DNA of 64,000 nt from an uncultured Planctomycetota bacterium (lineage in GTDB: Bacteria > Planctomycetota > Planctomycetia > Isosphaerales > Isosphaeraceae), in assembly GCA_963737655.1 (NCBI GenBank), contig CAVTTN010000002.1:2880001-2944000 (forward strand), given 5' to 3'. A program made the position numbers and the translations under genes. A model generated the notes under the pieces. It made no database searches. It saw only the letters and a program-made list of their open reading frames with translations, and was not told the origin of the DNA. Of the stretch, positions 26,720 through 35,331 are shown one piece after another; within the stretch, counting starts at the first letter, position 1; every line of letters begins with the position of its first letter.

Positions 26720-28636
26720 TTATTCCGAGGCCTCGCCGTCGGATTCCGGGCGTCGCCGCCTCGGAGGAAGGGGGCGGGGTCGAGGAGGGCCGGTCCTCTT
26801 GCGGAGGGCCGGCGGCCGGCGGCTCGGCGGGCCGTCGTCGGGAGGGACGACCAGGCCGATGATCCGTCGGGTCGGCGGGGCGTCCCTCGGCGGCATCGGG
26901 CGAGGTGGCCGAGGCCCGGCTCCCTGTCCCTGTCCCTGACTCGGACCCTGTCCCTGTCCTTGACCCGGTCCCCGCCCTGGACCCATTCCCGGACCCGGCC
27001 GTTGCCCTTGACCCGAAGTTCCGGGCCGGAACGGCGAGGGGCGACCCGGCCGGGGCGGACCGGAGCGACGATCGCCGGGTCCGCCGGACGGATGAGGCCC
27101 CATCCCGCCTTCCGGGACGAACGGCCCGCGATCCCGAGGGGGGCGGCCTCCCTGCGGACCGGGCGGACGTCCCGGGCCGTGGCCCTGGCCCTGCCCCTGA
27201 GCCGCTCGCGGACCTCCGGCGAACGGCCTCGGGCGGTCTCCGGGCCCGCCTTCAGGCCGGGGCGGACGGCCTCCCGGCACGAACGGCCGAGGGCGGCGGT
27301 CCTCGCCCTGGGGCGGACCTCCGGCGAAGTTCCGGGGCCGCTGGTCCCCTCCGGCGAAGTTCCGGGGCCGCTGGTCCCCTCCGGCGAAGTTCCGGGGCCG
27401 CTGGTCCCCTCCGGGATGGCCTCCGGGACCGTGAGCAGGCCGGGGAGGCCGGCCCGAGAACGGCCGGGGACGCCCTTCGGAGGCGGCCTCGTGGTCCTCC
27501 GGTCGAGGCGGACGGCCCGACCCGGGGACGAACCTCGGCGGGCGGCGATTGGCGTTCCCGATCGGAGGGCCCGAGGGCCTGGGGCCGGTCGGTCGGCCGG
27601 TGGGTTGCCGGGCGACCGATCGGGGGCCTCGGGAGATCGGCCGCGGGCCTCTCGAGCGGTCCTCGTCGAACCAGCCCGAGGGCACGGGCTGGCCGTCGGC
27701 GACCTTGCGGAGCAGGTCCACCTCCCGGCTCGTGAGGAACCGCCAGCCACCGGGCTTGAGGCCCTTGATCGTGATCGGCCCGACGGCCACCCGGACGAGG
27801 CTCATGACCTTGTGGCCGAACTTCGCGAGCATCCGCCGGACCTCGCGGTTCTTCCCCTCGGCCAGGACGAGCTCGAGGATCGTGGCGTCCCCCTGCTTGC
27901 CCACGGGGCGGACCCGCTTGGCCCGGACCTTGCCCTCGGCCAGCCAGACCCCTTCGGTCAGCTTCGTCAGCACCTCGGGCGTCGGCGAGCCGGCGACGAC
28001 GGCGCGATAGACCTTCTCCACGCCGAACTTGGGATGGGCCAGGCGGTTGGCCAGGTCGCCGTCGTTGGTCAGCAGCATCAGGCCGACGCTCATCTCGTCC
28101 AGGCGGCCGACGGTGTAGACCCTCTGGGGGATGTCCGGGATGATGTCCACGACCCGAGGGCGGCCGGAGGGGTCGCTATTGGTGGAGACGTAGCCCTTGG
28201 GCTTGTTCACGGCGATGTAGGCGGGCCGTTCCTCGTGGATCGGCTCGCCATCGACGGCCAGCCTGTCGCGGCCGGGGACGATCTTGACGCCGAGCTCGCG
28301 GACGACCTGGCCGTTGACCGTCACCCGGCCCTGGAGGATGAATTCCTCGCAGGCGCGGCGGGAGCCGAGGCCGGCATGCGCGAGCAGCTTCTGGATCCGT
28401 TCGGGGGCCGAGTCCCCGGGGGAGACGTTCGGCGAAGGACGAGCGGCGGCGCCTCTCGGCGGCGCGGGCTTCTGGAACGGGCGACGGTCGCGGTCCCGAG
28501 GCGGGCCCGAGGACGGGCGGCCGGGGCCGGAATTCGAACCGGGGCCGGAGGGGCCGGGCTTCCGAAATCGCTTCGGTGGCCCGGGGGGGCGAGATCCGGA
28601 CGGGCCCCCCGGGCGGGGAGGGCGGCGGCTGGGCAT
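26720..28636 (-). CDS. rluB: 23S rRNA pseudouridine synthase RluB family with long Arg/Gly/Pro-rich disordered extensions
   Basis: S4 domain ERIQKLLAHAGLGSRR; NKPKGY; VGRLD; EGKNREVRRM. Confidence 0.9.
   Translation of the reverse strand: MPSRRPPRPGGPSGSRPPGPPKRFRKPGPSGPGSNSGPGRPSSGPPRDRDRRPFQKPAPPRGAAARPSPNVSPGDSAPERIQKLLAHAGLGSRRACEEFILQGRVTVNGQVVRELGVKIVPGRDRLAVDGEPIHEERPAYIAVNKPKGYVSTNSDPSGRPRVVDIIPDIPQRVYTVGRLDEMSVGLMLLTNDGDLANRLAHPKFGVEKVYRAVVAGSPTPEVLTKLTEGVWLAEGKVRAKRVRPVGKQGDATILELVLAEGKNREVRRMLAKFGHKVMSLVRVAVGPITIKGLKPGGWRFLTSREVDLLRKVADGQPVPSGWFDEDRSRGPRPISRGPRSVARQPTGRPTGPRPSGPPIGNANRRPPRFVPGSGRPPRPEDHEAASEGRPRPFSGRPPRPAHGPGGHPGGDQRPRNFAGGDQRPRNFAGGDQRPRNFAGGPPQGEDRRPRPFVPGGRPPRPEGGPGDRPRPFAGGPRAAQGQGQGHGPGRPPGPQGGRPPRDRGPFVPEGGMGPHPSGGPGDRRSGPPRPGRPSPFRPGTSGQGQRPGPGMGPGRGPGQGQGQGPSQGQGQGAGPRPPRPMPPRDAPPTRRIIGLVVPPDDGPPSRRPPALRKRTGPPRPRPLPPRRRRPESDGEASE
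27318..27414. repeat. 30-bp perfect coding tandem repeat x3 (GGDQRPRNFA) in the rluB C-terminal tail
   Basis: cctccggcgaagttccggggccgctggtcc repeated three times plus a partial copy. Confidence 0.9.
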
Positions 28637-28797
28637 GGGTGGTCCTGCTTCTCTTCCAGAGACGAGGCGGAGACGGCCGGGACCAATGAACGAATCGTCC
28701 GGGCCTTCGGCCATCTTACGCCCCAGGGCAAGGCCGAGTCCACCGGAGCCAGTTTCCGAGGCGGTCGCGGCCGTCGCTTTCGATCCTGGAGTCTTTC

Positions 28798-29022
28798 GGG
28801 TGCCCCCGGTTCTCGAACCGGGGGCACCCCAGAGGTCCGGATTCCGGAGTCCGACCCAGGGCCTTTTGTGCTCTGGGACCCCTGGTCGGAAGCGTCCTTC
28901 GCGATGCGAACGGCCCCGGGGGGACTTGCCCGGACCCTGCCCCCAGGCTCGGAAGCTTCTGGAAAACCGAAACGCCGATGGGGACAGGCGCCTCGTCTGG
29001 GAGGTGCCCGTCCCCATCGGCG
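28798..29022. repeat. Cluster of intergenic palindromes
   Basis: gggtgcccccggttc-tc-gaaccgggggcaccc (28798-28829) and cgccgatggggacaggcgcc...ggtgcccgtccccatcggcg (28973-29022). The latter is related to 39802-39867. Confidence 0.65.
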
Positions 29023-29062
29023 ATGGTGTTGATCTTGGAGGCGAGGCCCGAGGCGAACCGGA

Positions 29063-29296
29063 TCAGGGCCCGAGGCCGCCGTGGGTCCGGAACGGGGTCA
29101 TGTGCGAGGGCTGGTCGAGGAACCAGATCCGCTCCCACTCGTCGCCGGCCTGGCGGAGGTTCTCGGAATCGACGAGGAGTTCTTCCGCGCGTCGGGGCGG
29201 ATAGGCCGCATAGTGAGGCAGGGGGACCGGGGCACATCCCTCGCCCACGGCCAGGCCGGCCACCACGAGAATCAGGGCCGCCAAGGACTTACGCAT
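29063..29296 (-). CDS. Small planctomycete-type lipoprotein
   Basis: Signal peptide with Cys (VGEGC); SENLRQ..DEWERIWFLDQPSHMTPFRTHGG. Confidence 0.75.
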   Translation of the reverse strand: MRKSLAALILVVAGLAVGEGCAPVPLPHYAAYPPRRAEELLVDSENLRQAGDEWERIWFLDQPSHMTPFRTHGGLGP

Positions 29297-29453
29297 TCCG
29301 GGGATCCTCCCGAGACGGTCCGAGATCGCCCGGGTCGGTCCCGCCGCGCGATCCGTCGCGCGGTTCCGACCCGAGGGGCGAGCGGCCCTCCGGGCCGGGC
29401 TCGCCGGGGACCGGGAGGCGCGCCCTCGGCCCGATCCGGCGGAGGGGCGGGCC

Positions 29454-29855
29454 TCAATCCCCCTTGTCCGCCGACGCCTTGGCGGGGGCGCGTCCGGCGT
29501 CGGGACTCGGGGCGATCGGTCCGTTACCTTCTCCATCGGCATCCGTGGCGTCTTCCAATAGCGGAAGATTTTCCGGATTCATCTGTCGGACGAGTTCTTC
29601 CATTTCTTTGCCCGGCTTGAAGGTCACCACGTTCTTCGCCGGGACGCTCACCTTGTCGCCGGTCCGGGGGTTGCGGGCCTTCCTCGGCTGCCGACGCTTG
29701 ACCTCGAACACGCCGAAGTTCCGCAGCTCGATCCGTCCCTCGCTGACCAGCGTCTGGATGATTGCGTTGAGCGTCCTCTGCACGATGTCCTTGGTCTTCA
29801 ACTGGGTCAGGCCGATCTCCTCGGAGATTTGCTTGACGATTTCTTTCTTGGTCAC
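29454..29855 (-). CDS. HU/IHF family DNA-binding protein
   Basis: MTKKEIV...[23 protein letters not shown]...FKPGK. Confidence 0.95.
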   Translation of the reverse strand: MTKKEIVKQISEEIGLTQLKTKDIVQRTLNAIIQTLVSEGRIELRNFGVFEVKRRQPRKARNPRTGDKVSVPAKNVVTFKPGKEMEELVRQMNPENLPLLEDATDADGEGNGPIAPSPDAGRAPAKASADKGD

Positions 29856-29906
29856 GGCGACGGTCTCCAGGGGTCGGGCCGGCCCGGGCCGAGCGAGATC
29901 GGCTCA

Positions 29907-29935
29907 ACTGTAGGAACGGTATGGAGTAGTGTCAA
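29907..29935 (-). promoter_or_regulatory. Sigma70-like promoter for the HU gene
   Basis: Minus strand TTGACA-17 bp-TACAGT. Confidence 0.65.
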
Positions 29936-29989
29936 GGGGTAAACTCGAATCGCGGGGTTCCGACGCCTCGCCCGCACCCCGGGTTTCGC

Positions 29990-30487
29990 TCAAGGAGCGA
30001 TGTTTGGCCCCTCGATGGCCCGCCCGCCCGGGAATCGTCCCCGGGCCTGGGCCGTCCGCAAGTGATGATGCAGGGGTGCATAGGCCCAGGGGAGCCCCAG
30101 GGCCTCGGTCAGGGCCTTCAGGCGGCCGAGGAACCGCTCGCTCAAGGCGTGGGCTGTCTCCTGGTACGGCTCGTCGCAGAAATAGACCCGGCACCCCAGG
30201 GGCCGGGCCTCCCGGGCCGTGCACCGGCCTCTCGAATCCTGCCACGGGCAGGTCGAGCCGTCGTCCAGGGGGCGGCTCGGTTCCGGGGCGTCGGCCAGGA
30301 GCAGCCGGGCCTCGATCTCGCTCAGGAACAGCGTGTGGTCGTACTCGGTGAACCGGCAGCACCGGCCGCTCAGGGCGCAGACCGGCCCGGCGCGGGCCAC
30401 CTCCCCGGCCAGGTCGGCGTAGACGACCGCCAACTCCCGGCGGATCGTGTCGAGGCCCGACGACGGATCTTCGGTGGATGGCTCCAT
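29990..30487 (-). CDS. YkgJ-like cysteine cluster protein
   Basis: CALSGRCC, CPW, CTAREARPLGCRVYFC. Confidence 0.8.
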   Translation of the reverse strand: MEPSTEDPSSGLDTIRRELAVVYADLAGEVARAGPVCALSGRCCRFTEYDHTLFLSEIEARLLLADAPEPSRPLDDGSTCPWQDSRGRCTAREARPLGCRVYFCDEPYQETAHALSERFLGRLKALTEALGLPWAYAPLHHHLRTAQARGRFPGGRAIEGPNIAP

Positions 30488-30488
30488 G

Positions 30489-30908
30489 TTAGCTTGGGGA
30501 CCGCCCGAGGGCGTCCACGATCTCCTCCACCGTGAACAGCCGTCCCTGGCCGGCGCCCGGGCAGCCCCGGCCGGTCCTCCGCCAGTCCGAGGGCGATTCG
30601 ACGTTCTCCGGCCAGAACGGCCAGGTCCGGCACTGGTTGGGCCGATCGTCGTACACGGTGCAGCCGCCGGAGCGGTCCCAGAAGATGCAGTCGTGGTTGG
30701 GCTTTTCGACCAGGCTCAGCCGGTTCCCCACCCGTCGGAGAAAGCGGGCGCCGAACTCGTCGAGCCCCAGGCCGAGCCGATCGGCCAGCCTGGCGATCTC
30801 GGCCGCGTCCATCCACACGTACCCGGGGCTGCCGGTGCAGCAGGCGCCGCATCGGGTGCATTCGAACCGAAGTCCGTCGCCGTACCAGGGTTCGGGCTGT
30901 CCTGACAT
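30489..30908 (-). CDS. YkgJ family cysteine cluster (Zn/Fe-chelating) protein
   Basis: FECTRCGACC, CIFW, CTVYDDRPNQCRTWPFW, CPG. Confidence 0.88.
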   Translation of the reverse strand: MSGQPEPWYGDGLRFECTRCGACCTGSPGYVWMDAAEIARLADRLGLGLDEFGARFLRRVGNRLSLVEKPNHDCIFWDRSGGCTVYDDRPNQCRTWPFWPENVESPSDWRRTGRGCPGAGQGRLFTVEEIVDALGRSPS

Positions 30909-31040
30909 CGGGTCGCGAACTCCGCCGATCGAGGGTTACTGAGCGTCAGTCTAGCGACCGACGACGAACCGGGCAAGGGTCGGTCGTCCGAACGTGCGAA
31001 GGCCCGATGAGTTAGGGCCGATCCGCCGGGGCCGTGGCCA

Positions 31041-31101
31041 CGTAGGGCAGGCCTTGGCCCGCCGAGACTCGCGGAGCCGGCAGGCCAAGGCCTGCCCTAC
31101 G
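31041..31101. repeat. GTAG-type REP doublet, family B
   Basis: cgtagggcaggccttggcc ... ggccaaggcctgccctacg perfect arms. Confidence 0.8.
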
Positions 31102-31174
31102 ATGGACCGTCGCTCGCCTTCCGAGAGCGGGCCGCCGCAGGGCCGATCTGGCAGGCCGGGGACGTCGGCGAGGG

Positions 31175-31663
31175 TCAACGCATCTCGACGGCGCCCCACT
31201 GGCCGAAGCATTCCTCGACCTCGACACGAATCGTCTCCGGCGGGGCCACGCCCGAGGCCTCCCATCCCGAGAGGAGCCGCCGGGCCAGGTAATCGGCCAG
31301 GAGCTCGGCCGTCGTGTTCGCCACCGGCAAGAGCACGCATTCCTCCTTCGGGAAGCTCCAGCGACGCTCCTTGTACCGGGCCGTCCAGTTCTCGCCGTCG
31401 GACTCCACCGAGATCAGCGGGTTCCTCGTCGGCAGGAGCATCCGGTGGTCGAGCTCGTCCACGAGCGATCGGGTCTGATCGCGGAGGGCGAGGAAATCGA
31501 ACACGTACGAATTCTCGTCCAGGGGTCCCGAGACCTCGACGGCGACCCGGTAGTTGTGGCCGTGGATCCGTTCGCAATGGTCGCCGTTGAACGTGATGAA
31601 ATGCCCGGCCGAGAAGACGAGCGTGTCCTTCGTCACCCGGACGTGGAATCGGGATTGGGGCAT
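31175..31663 (-). CDS. 6-pyruvoyl-tetrahydropterin synthase family protein (CExxHGH motif)
   Basis: FSAGH...CERIHGHNY...DF...LDHRML...TTAELLA...VEE. Confidence 0.9.
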   Translation of the reverse strand: MPQSRFHVRVTKDTLVFSAGHFITFNGDHCERIHGHNYRVAVEVSGPLDENSYVFDFLALRDQTRSLVDELDHRMLLPTRNPLISVESDGENWTARYKERRWSFPKEECVLLPVANTTAELLADYLARRLLSGWEASGVAPPETIRVEVEECFGQWGAVEMR

Positions 31664-31696
31664 GATGGACTGGCTCGCTTGGGGTCTCGTCCCGGA

Positions 31697-32590
31697 TCAC
31701 TGCGGACGATTCTCGGGAATCTCGGGCCTCCCGGGCAACCTGATCTGACCCGATCTCCCCGCAAATCGACCGCGGAGAGGGAGGCGGATCGTGCCATCGG
31801 CCAGGGCGACGAACAGGGAAGCGGCGGTGAGGTCCGCCGTGGTCCCGGGGTTTCGCGAGTGGCCGTCGTCGCGGAGCCAGGCGTCGAGCGCGTCGAGGTC
31901 GCCGGTCGAGAGGGCCTGGCCCGCTCGTCGAGACGCCTCGGCCGCGATCCCCTCCCCCCTCTTGCGACGAATCAGGGTGTCCGGCCGGGCGGCGAGCGTG
32001 GCGAGAAAGGCCCGGATGATCGCGTCTTCCAGCGGTTGGCCCTCGGCGATCGCCGCCCGGAGCGCGGGGAGGGTCACGTCGAACACATCGACGTATCCCC
32101 GGGCGTACTGGCGGGCCACGTCGTCGCGGTCGGCCGCCAGGGTCATGGCCTGGAGCAGAGTGACGCTCGGGGAGGCGGCGACGTCCTCCGATTCGACCGA
32201 TCCGAGGCCGCCGGGCGAGGCCAGGCGGATCGCCCGATAGGCGAATTCGGCATCCTCGACGGTCAACCCGTCCAGGACGTGGCGGACCCCGTCCCGGAGC
32301 GGCCCGGGAACCCCGAACGCCGCGGCCAGGGGGGCCAGGAGCAGGACCATCCCCAGGTTCGTGTTCGAGGCGGCGACCTCGCGAGTGGCCTCGACCGCCT
32401 CGAGGATCGTCCGGCCGACTCCCCGGTCGCGGGCGCGGTCCATCGGCCCGGCGATGGCCCCGGCGCTCAGGGCGAAGTCGAGATAGGTCAGGTCGTCGAA
32501 GTCGCGGAAACGGTGGACGTTCCCCGGCTTCCTCGCCGAGACTTCCAGGAGGCAGGCCACTTCCGCGAGCCGTCCGGCGGAGAGGCTCAT
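31697..32590 (-). CDS. CitG-family triphosphoribosyl-dephospho-CoA synthase-like protein (Orf7 of methanopterin C1 clusters)
   Basis: LEVSARKPGNVHR, NTNLG, PDTLIRRKRG, NPGTTADL; cluster context. Confidence 0.85.
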   Translation of the reverse strand: MSLSAGRLAEVACLLEVSARKPGNVHRFRDFDDLTYLDFALSAGAIAGPMDRARDRGVGRTILEAVEATREVAASNTNLGMVLLLAPLAAAFGVPGPLRDGVRHVLDGLTVEDAEFAYRAIRLASPGGLGSVESEDVAASPSVTLLQAMTLAADRDDVARQYARGYVDVFDVTLPALRAAIAEGQPLEDAIIRAFLATLAARPDTLIRRKRGEGIAAEASRRAGQALSTGDLDALDAWLRDDGHSRNPGTTADLTAASLFVALADGTIRLPLRGRFAGRSGQIRLPGRPEIPENRPQ

Positions 32591-33471
32591 CGCGTCGCGT
32601 CCCTCAAATCGGCCAGGATCTCGGCCGCCACGTCCACCCCGGTGGCCTGGCCCAGCGCCTTCCAGCCCGGGACGGCGTTGACCTCCAGGACGAACGGGCG
32701 GCCGTCGCGGTCGAACAGGAGGTCCACGCCCGCCATCCTCGCGCCGACGGCGCCCGCGGCCCGGAGCGCCAGCGATCCCCACCGGGGATCGGCCGGGATC
32801 GCCTCGGCGGTCCCGCCGACGGCCACGTTGGCCCGCCACTCGCCGGGCGGGGCGGTCCGGCGGATCGTCCCGAGGACGCAATTCCCGAGGACGAAGAGCC
32901 GCAGGTCGAACCCCGAATTCGGGATGAATTCTTGCAAGTAAAGCACGGCGCCGATCCGTTCCAGGGCGACGAAGACCCGTCGGGCGACCTCGAAATCGGT
33001 CACGCGGACCAGCCCTCGACCTTCGGAGCCGAACAACGGCTTGACGACCACGTCCCGGCCCAGGGTTTCGAAGGCCGCGATGGCCTCGGCCGCGGATTCG
33101 CCCGCCCAGGTCTTGGGCACCGGCAATCCTGCGGCTTCGACCCTCGCCGAGGTGACATACTTGTCCACCGACGCCTCGACGGCGCCCGGGGGGTTCAGGA
33201 CCGGGATTCCCGCCGCCGAGACCCGGTGGAGGGCGTCCATCCGGTAGACGACCTGCTCCAGGGACCCCGGCGGCATCATCCTCACGAGCACGCCATCGAC
33301 TTGCAAGAGCGGGATTCCTCCCGCGGCCAATCCGGGAGGGCCGCCGCCGAGCGTGGCCGAGATTTTCGGGAACGGGATGGCGGAGAACCGCACCCCGACC
33401 TTCGCCGAGGCCCGAATCAGGTCCTGGACGTGCCAGCCGAACCCCGAGACGAGGCCGACGAGGTGACGCAT
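32587..33471 (-). CDS. RimK family ATP-grasp alpha-L-glutamate ligase (Orf5-type, C1 cofactor glutamylation)
   Basis: VRMMPPGSLEQV, DKY, VVKPLFGSEGRG, YLQEFI, WRANVAVGG, GVDLL, EVNAVPGW. Confidence 0.88.
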   Translation of the reverse strand: MRHLVGLVSGFGWHVQDLIRASAKVGVRFSAIPFPKISATLGGGPPGLAAGGIPLLQVDGVLVRMMPPGSLEQVVYRMDALHRVSAAGIPVLNPPGAVEASVDKYVTSARVEAAGLPVPKTWAGESAAEAIAAFETLGRDVVVKPLFGSEGRGLVRVTDFEVARRVFVALERIGAVLYLQEFIPNSGFDLRLFVLGNCVLGTIRRTAPPGEWRANVAVGGTAEAIPADPRWGSLALRAAGAVGARMAGVDLLFDRDGRPFVLEVNAVPGWKALGQATGVDVAAEILADLRDATR

Positions 33472-34454
33472 CAGGGGGCCGCGTGGAACGAGCGATGGAG
33501 GACGTCGGGCACGACCTCGCCGAACACCTGGACCCGCCCGGTCTCCACGTTCTGGAACGCGACCTCCGCCGGGCTGAACAGGTGGGGATCGACCTTGTAG
33601 AAGTCGTGGCCGTACCGGGCGAAGATCGCGGCGAACGGCTCGCCGAAGTCGCGCGAGGAGGAGGCCGGGACCCGGGTGCCGACGTCGGCCAGGGAGGAAT
33701 CGTCGCCGGTCACGTAGAGGACGACGCGGGCCCCGTACAGGATCGCGTCGTTGGTCCGGCCGATGGCGGCCAGGTCGTCCTTGGCCACCGGGGGCAACGG
33801 GGCCTCGCCCACCGCGGAGACGATCCGATCGAGGTCGAAATCGAGTTCGGCGAGCTTGTGGAGGGCGGTTTCGACCGATCGGGCCACGACCTGGACCCCC
33901 CCGGCGAGGCTGGCCGTGGGCGCGAGCAGCAAGGTCACGCGGTCGGGCGAGACGCCGCACGATTCGGCGATTTTGGCCACGATCGCCGGAGGAGGCGGCT
34001 TCCGGCCTTCGAGGACGCCGACCACGCCCTCGCTCGCCGTCTCGCGATGGCCGAGCTTCGCGAAGATCGGCTCATGGGCGAACGCCGATCGCATCGGGCC
34101 CGAGCCCATCGCGAAGAATTTCCCCTCGGCGAGCTGCCAGCCGGCGTACTGGCTGGCGAGGCAGGCGAGGGCCGGGTGATCGGTGACGACCTCGACGAAC
34201 GGGCAGGGCCGGCCGGCGACCTCCCCGGCCCGGATGCGGACCTCGGCCAGGTCGGCGAGGCAGACCCGGGCCATGTCCAGGCCGGCGAGCAGTCCTCCGC
34301 GAGCCTCGGCCCCACAGTCGATCAGCGTCCCGCCCCCCTCGATCGTTCGGACGAGGATTCTCCGCTCGGAGGCGAGGGCCGCGAGCCGATCGGCCCGGGC
34401 CCGACCTCGGGCGTTCAGGCTCAGGGCAGCATCGGCCCGATCGGAATCCGCCAC
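33471..34454 (-). CDS. mch: Methenyltetrahydromethanopterin cyclohydrolase
   Basis: ACLASQYAGW, AMGSGPMR, APTASLAG.VQVVARSVETALHK, GRTNDAILYG, DFYKVDPHLFSPA. Confidence 0.96.
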   Translation of the reverse strand: MADSDRADAALSLNARGRARADRLAALASERRILVRTIEGGGTLIDCGAEARGGLLAGLDMARVCLADLAEVRIRAGEVAGRPCPFVEVVTDHPALACLASQYAGWQLAEGKFFAMGSGPMRSAFAHEPIFAKLGHRETASEGVVGVLEGRKPPPPAIVAKIAESCGVSPDRVTLLLAPTASLAGGVQVVARSVETALHKLAELDFDLDRIVSAVGEAPLPPVAKDDLAAIGRTNDAILYGARVVLYVTGDDSSLADVGTRVPASSSRDFGEPFAAIFARYGHDFYKVDPHLFSPAEVAFQNVETGRVQVFGEVVPDVLHRSFHAAP

Positions 34455-34466
34455 GAGTCCTCTCCC

Positions 34467-35295
34467 TCAGCCCGAGGGGTCGAGCACGAGCAGTTCGCCC
34501 TGCCCGTCGCCCGCCCGGTCGCCATTGTACCGGGAGAAGCTTCCGGAGAAAGCGTCCTGGGGGACCGGATATCCCCGATCGCGGAGGGCCTTCAACGCGA
34601 GGGTGACCACCGGCGGGCGGTCGCGACCGCTCGGCGCGAACGTGGGCAAGATGTGCGGGCGATCGAGGCCGCCGAAGACGGCCAACGTCCCCCGTTTCAT
34701 CGCCGATCCGGCCCCCCGGCCGATGGTCCCGAAGGCGAAGATCGACCCGGCGACCATCCCCCGGCCGAGCCCGGTCCCGCAATCGCCGAGGACGGCGATC
34801 AGGCCGCGCCTCATGGCCAGGCCGACGTCGTTCCCGGCCGAGCCCCTCGACCAGGATCATCCCGTCGCGCATCCCGAGTCGCTCGCCGGGCTCCGAGGCT
34901 CCGAGGCGGTCGCCGACGTCGCCCGAGACTCGGATCAGGCCGGCCCGGAGGCCCATCCCGACCCCCGATCCGGCCGATCCCCGGACGACGATCGCCCCTC
35001 CGGCCATCCCCCGGCCGAGCTCGGGGCCGACGTCTCCGAGGATCGCGACCTCGCCGGAGGTCATCCCGAGGCCGACCCGGGAGAGGCCGCGGAGGTCGCC
35101 TTCGAGGACGAGGCGGCCGTCCGAGGGATCGCCCTCGACCCGGAACAGCTCGCCGATTTCCGCCAGGCCGTTGCCGACGGGCAGGGAGAGCCTCGCCACG
35201 TCCCGGGCGGAGCGGCCGAGCCAATCCTGGGGCCGAAGCCGATCGGCCTCGATCGGGAGGGCGGTCGCGGCATTCCAGGTCAGGTGGAGAGGCAC
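34467..35295 (-). CDS. fhcC: Formyltransferase/hydrolase complex (formylmethanofuran dehydrogenase) subunit C; apparent +1 frameshift at ~34845
   Basis: GXGXG repeats (VGLGMTSG, LGRGMAGG, MRRGLIAV, MKRGTL); C-terminal GD...GQGELL. One extra base in a homopolymer splits the ORF. Confidence 0.85.
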
Positions 35296-35331
35296 GGGCG
35301 GTCCTGGGCGAAGGAGGGAGGAATGCGGGCC

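Noticed and set aside
27318..27414. 30-bp repeats as CRISPR or a mobile element
   Set aside because: In-frame coding repeat inside rluB, with no spacers.
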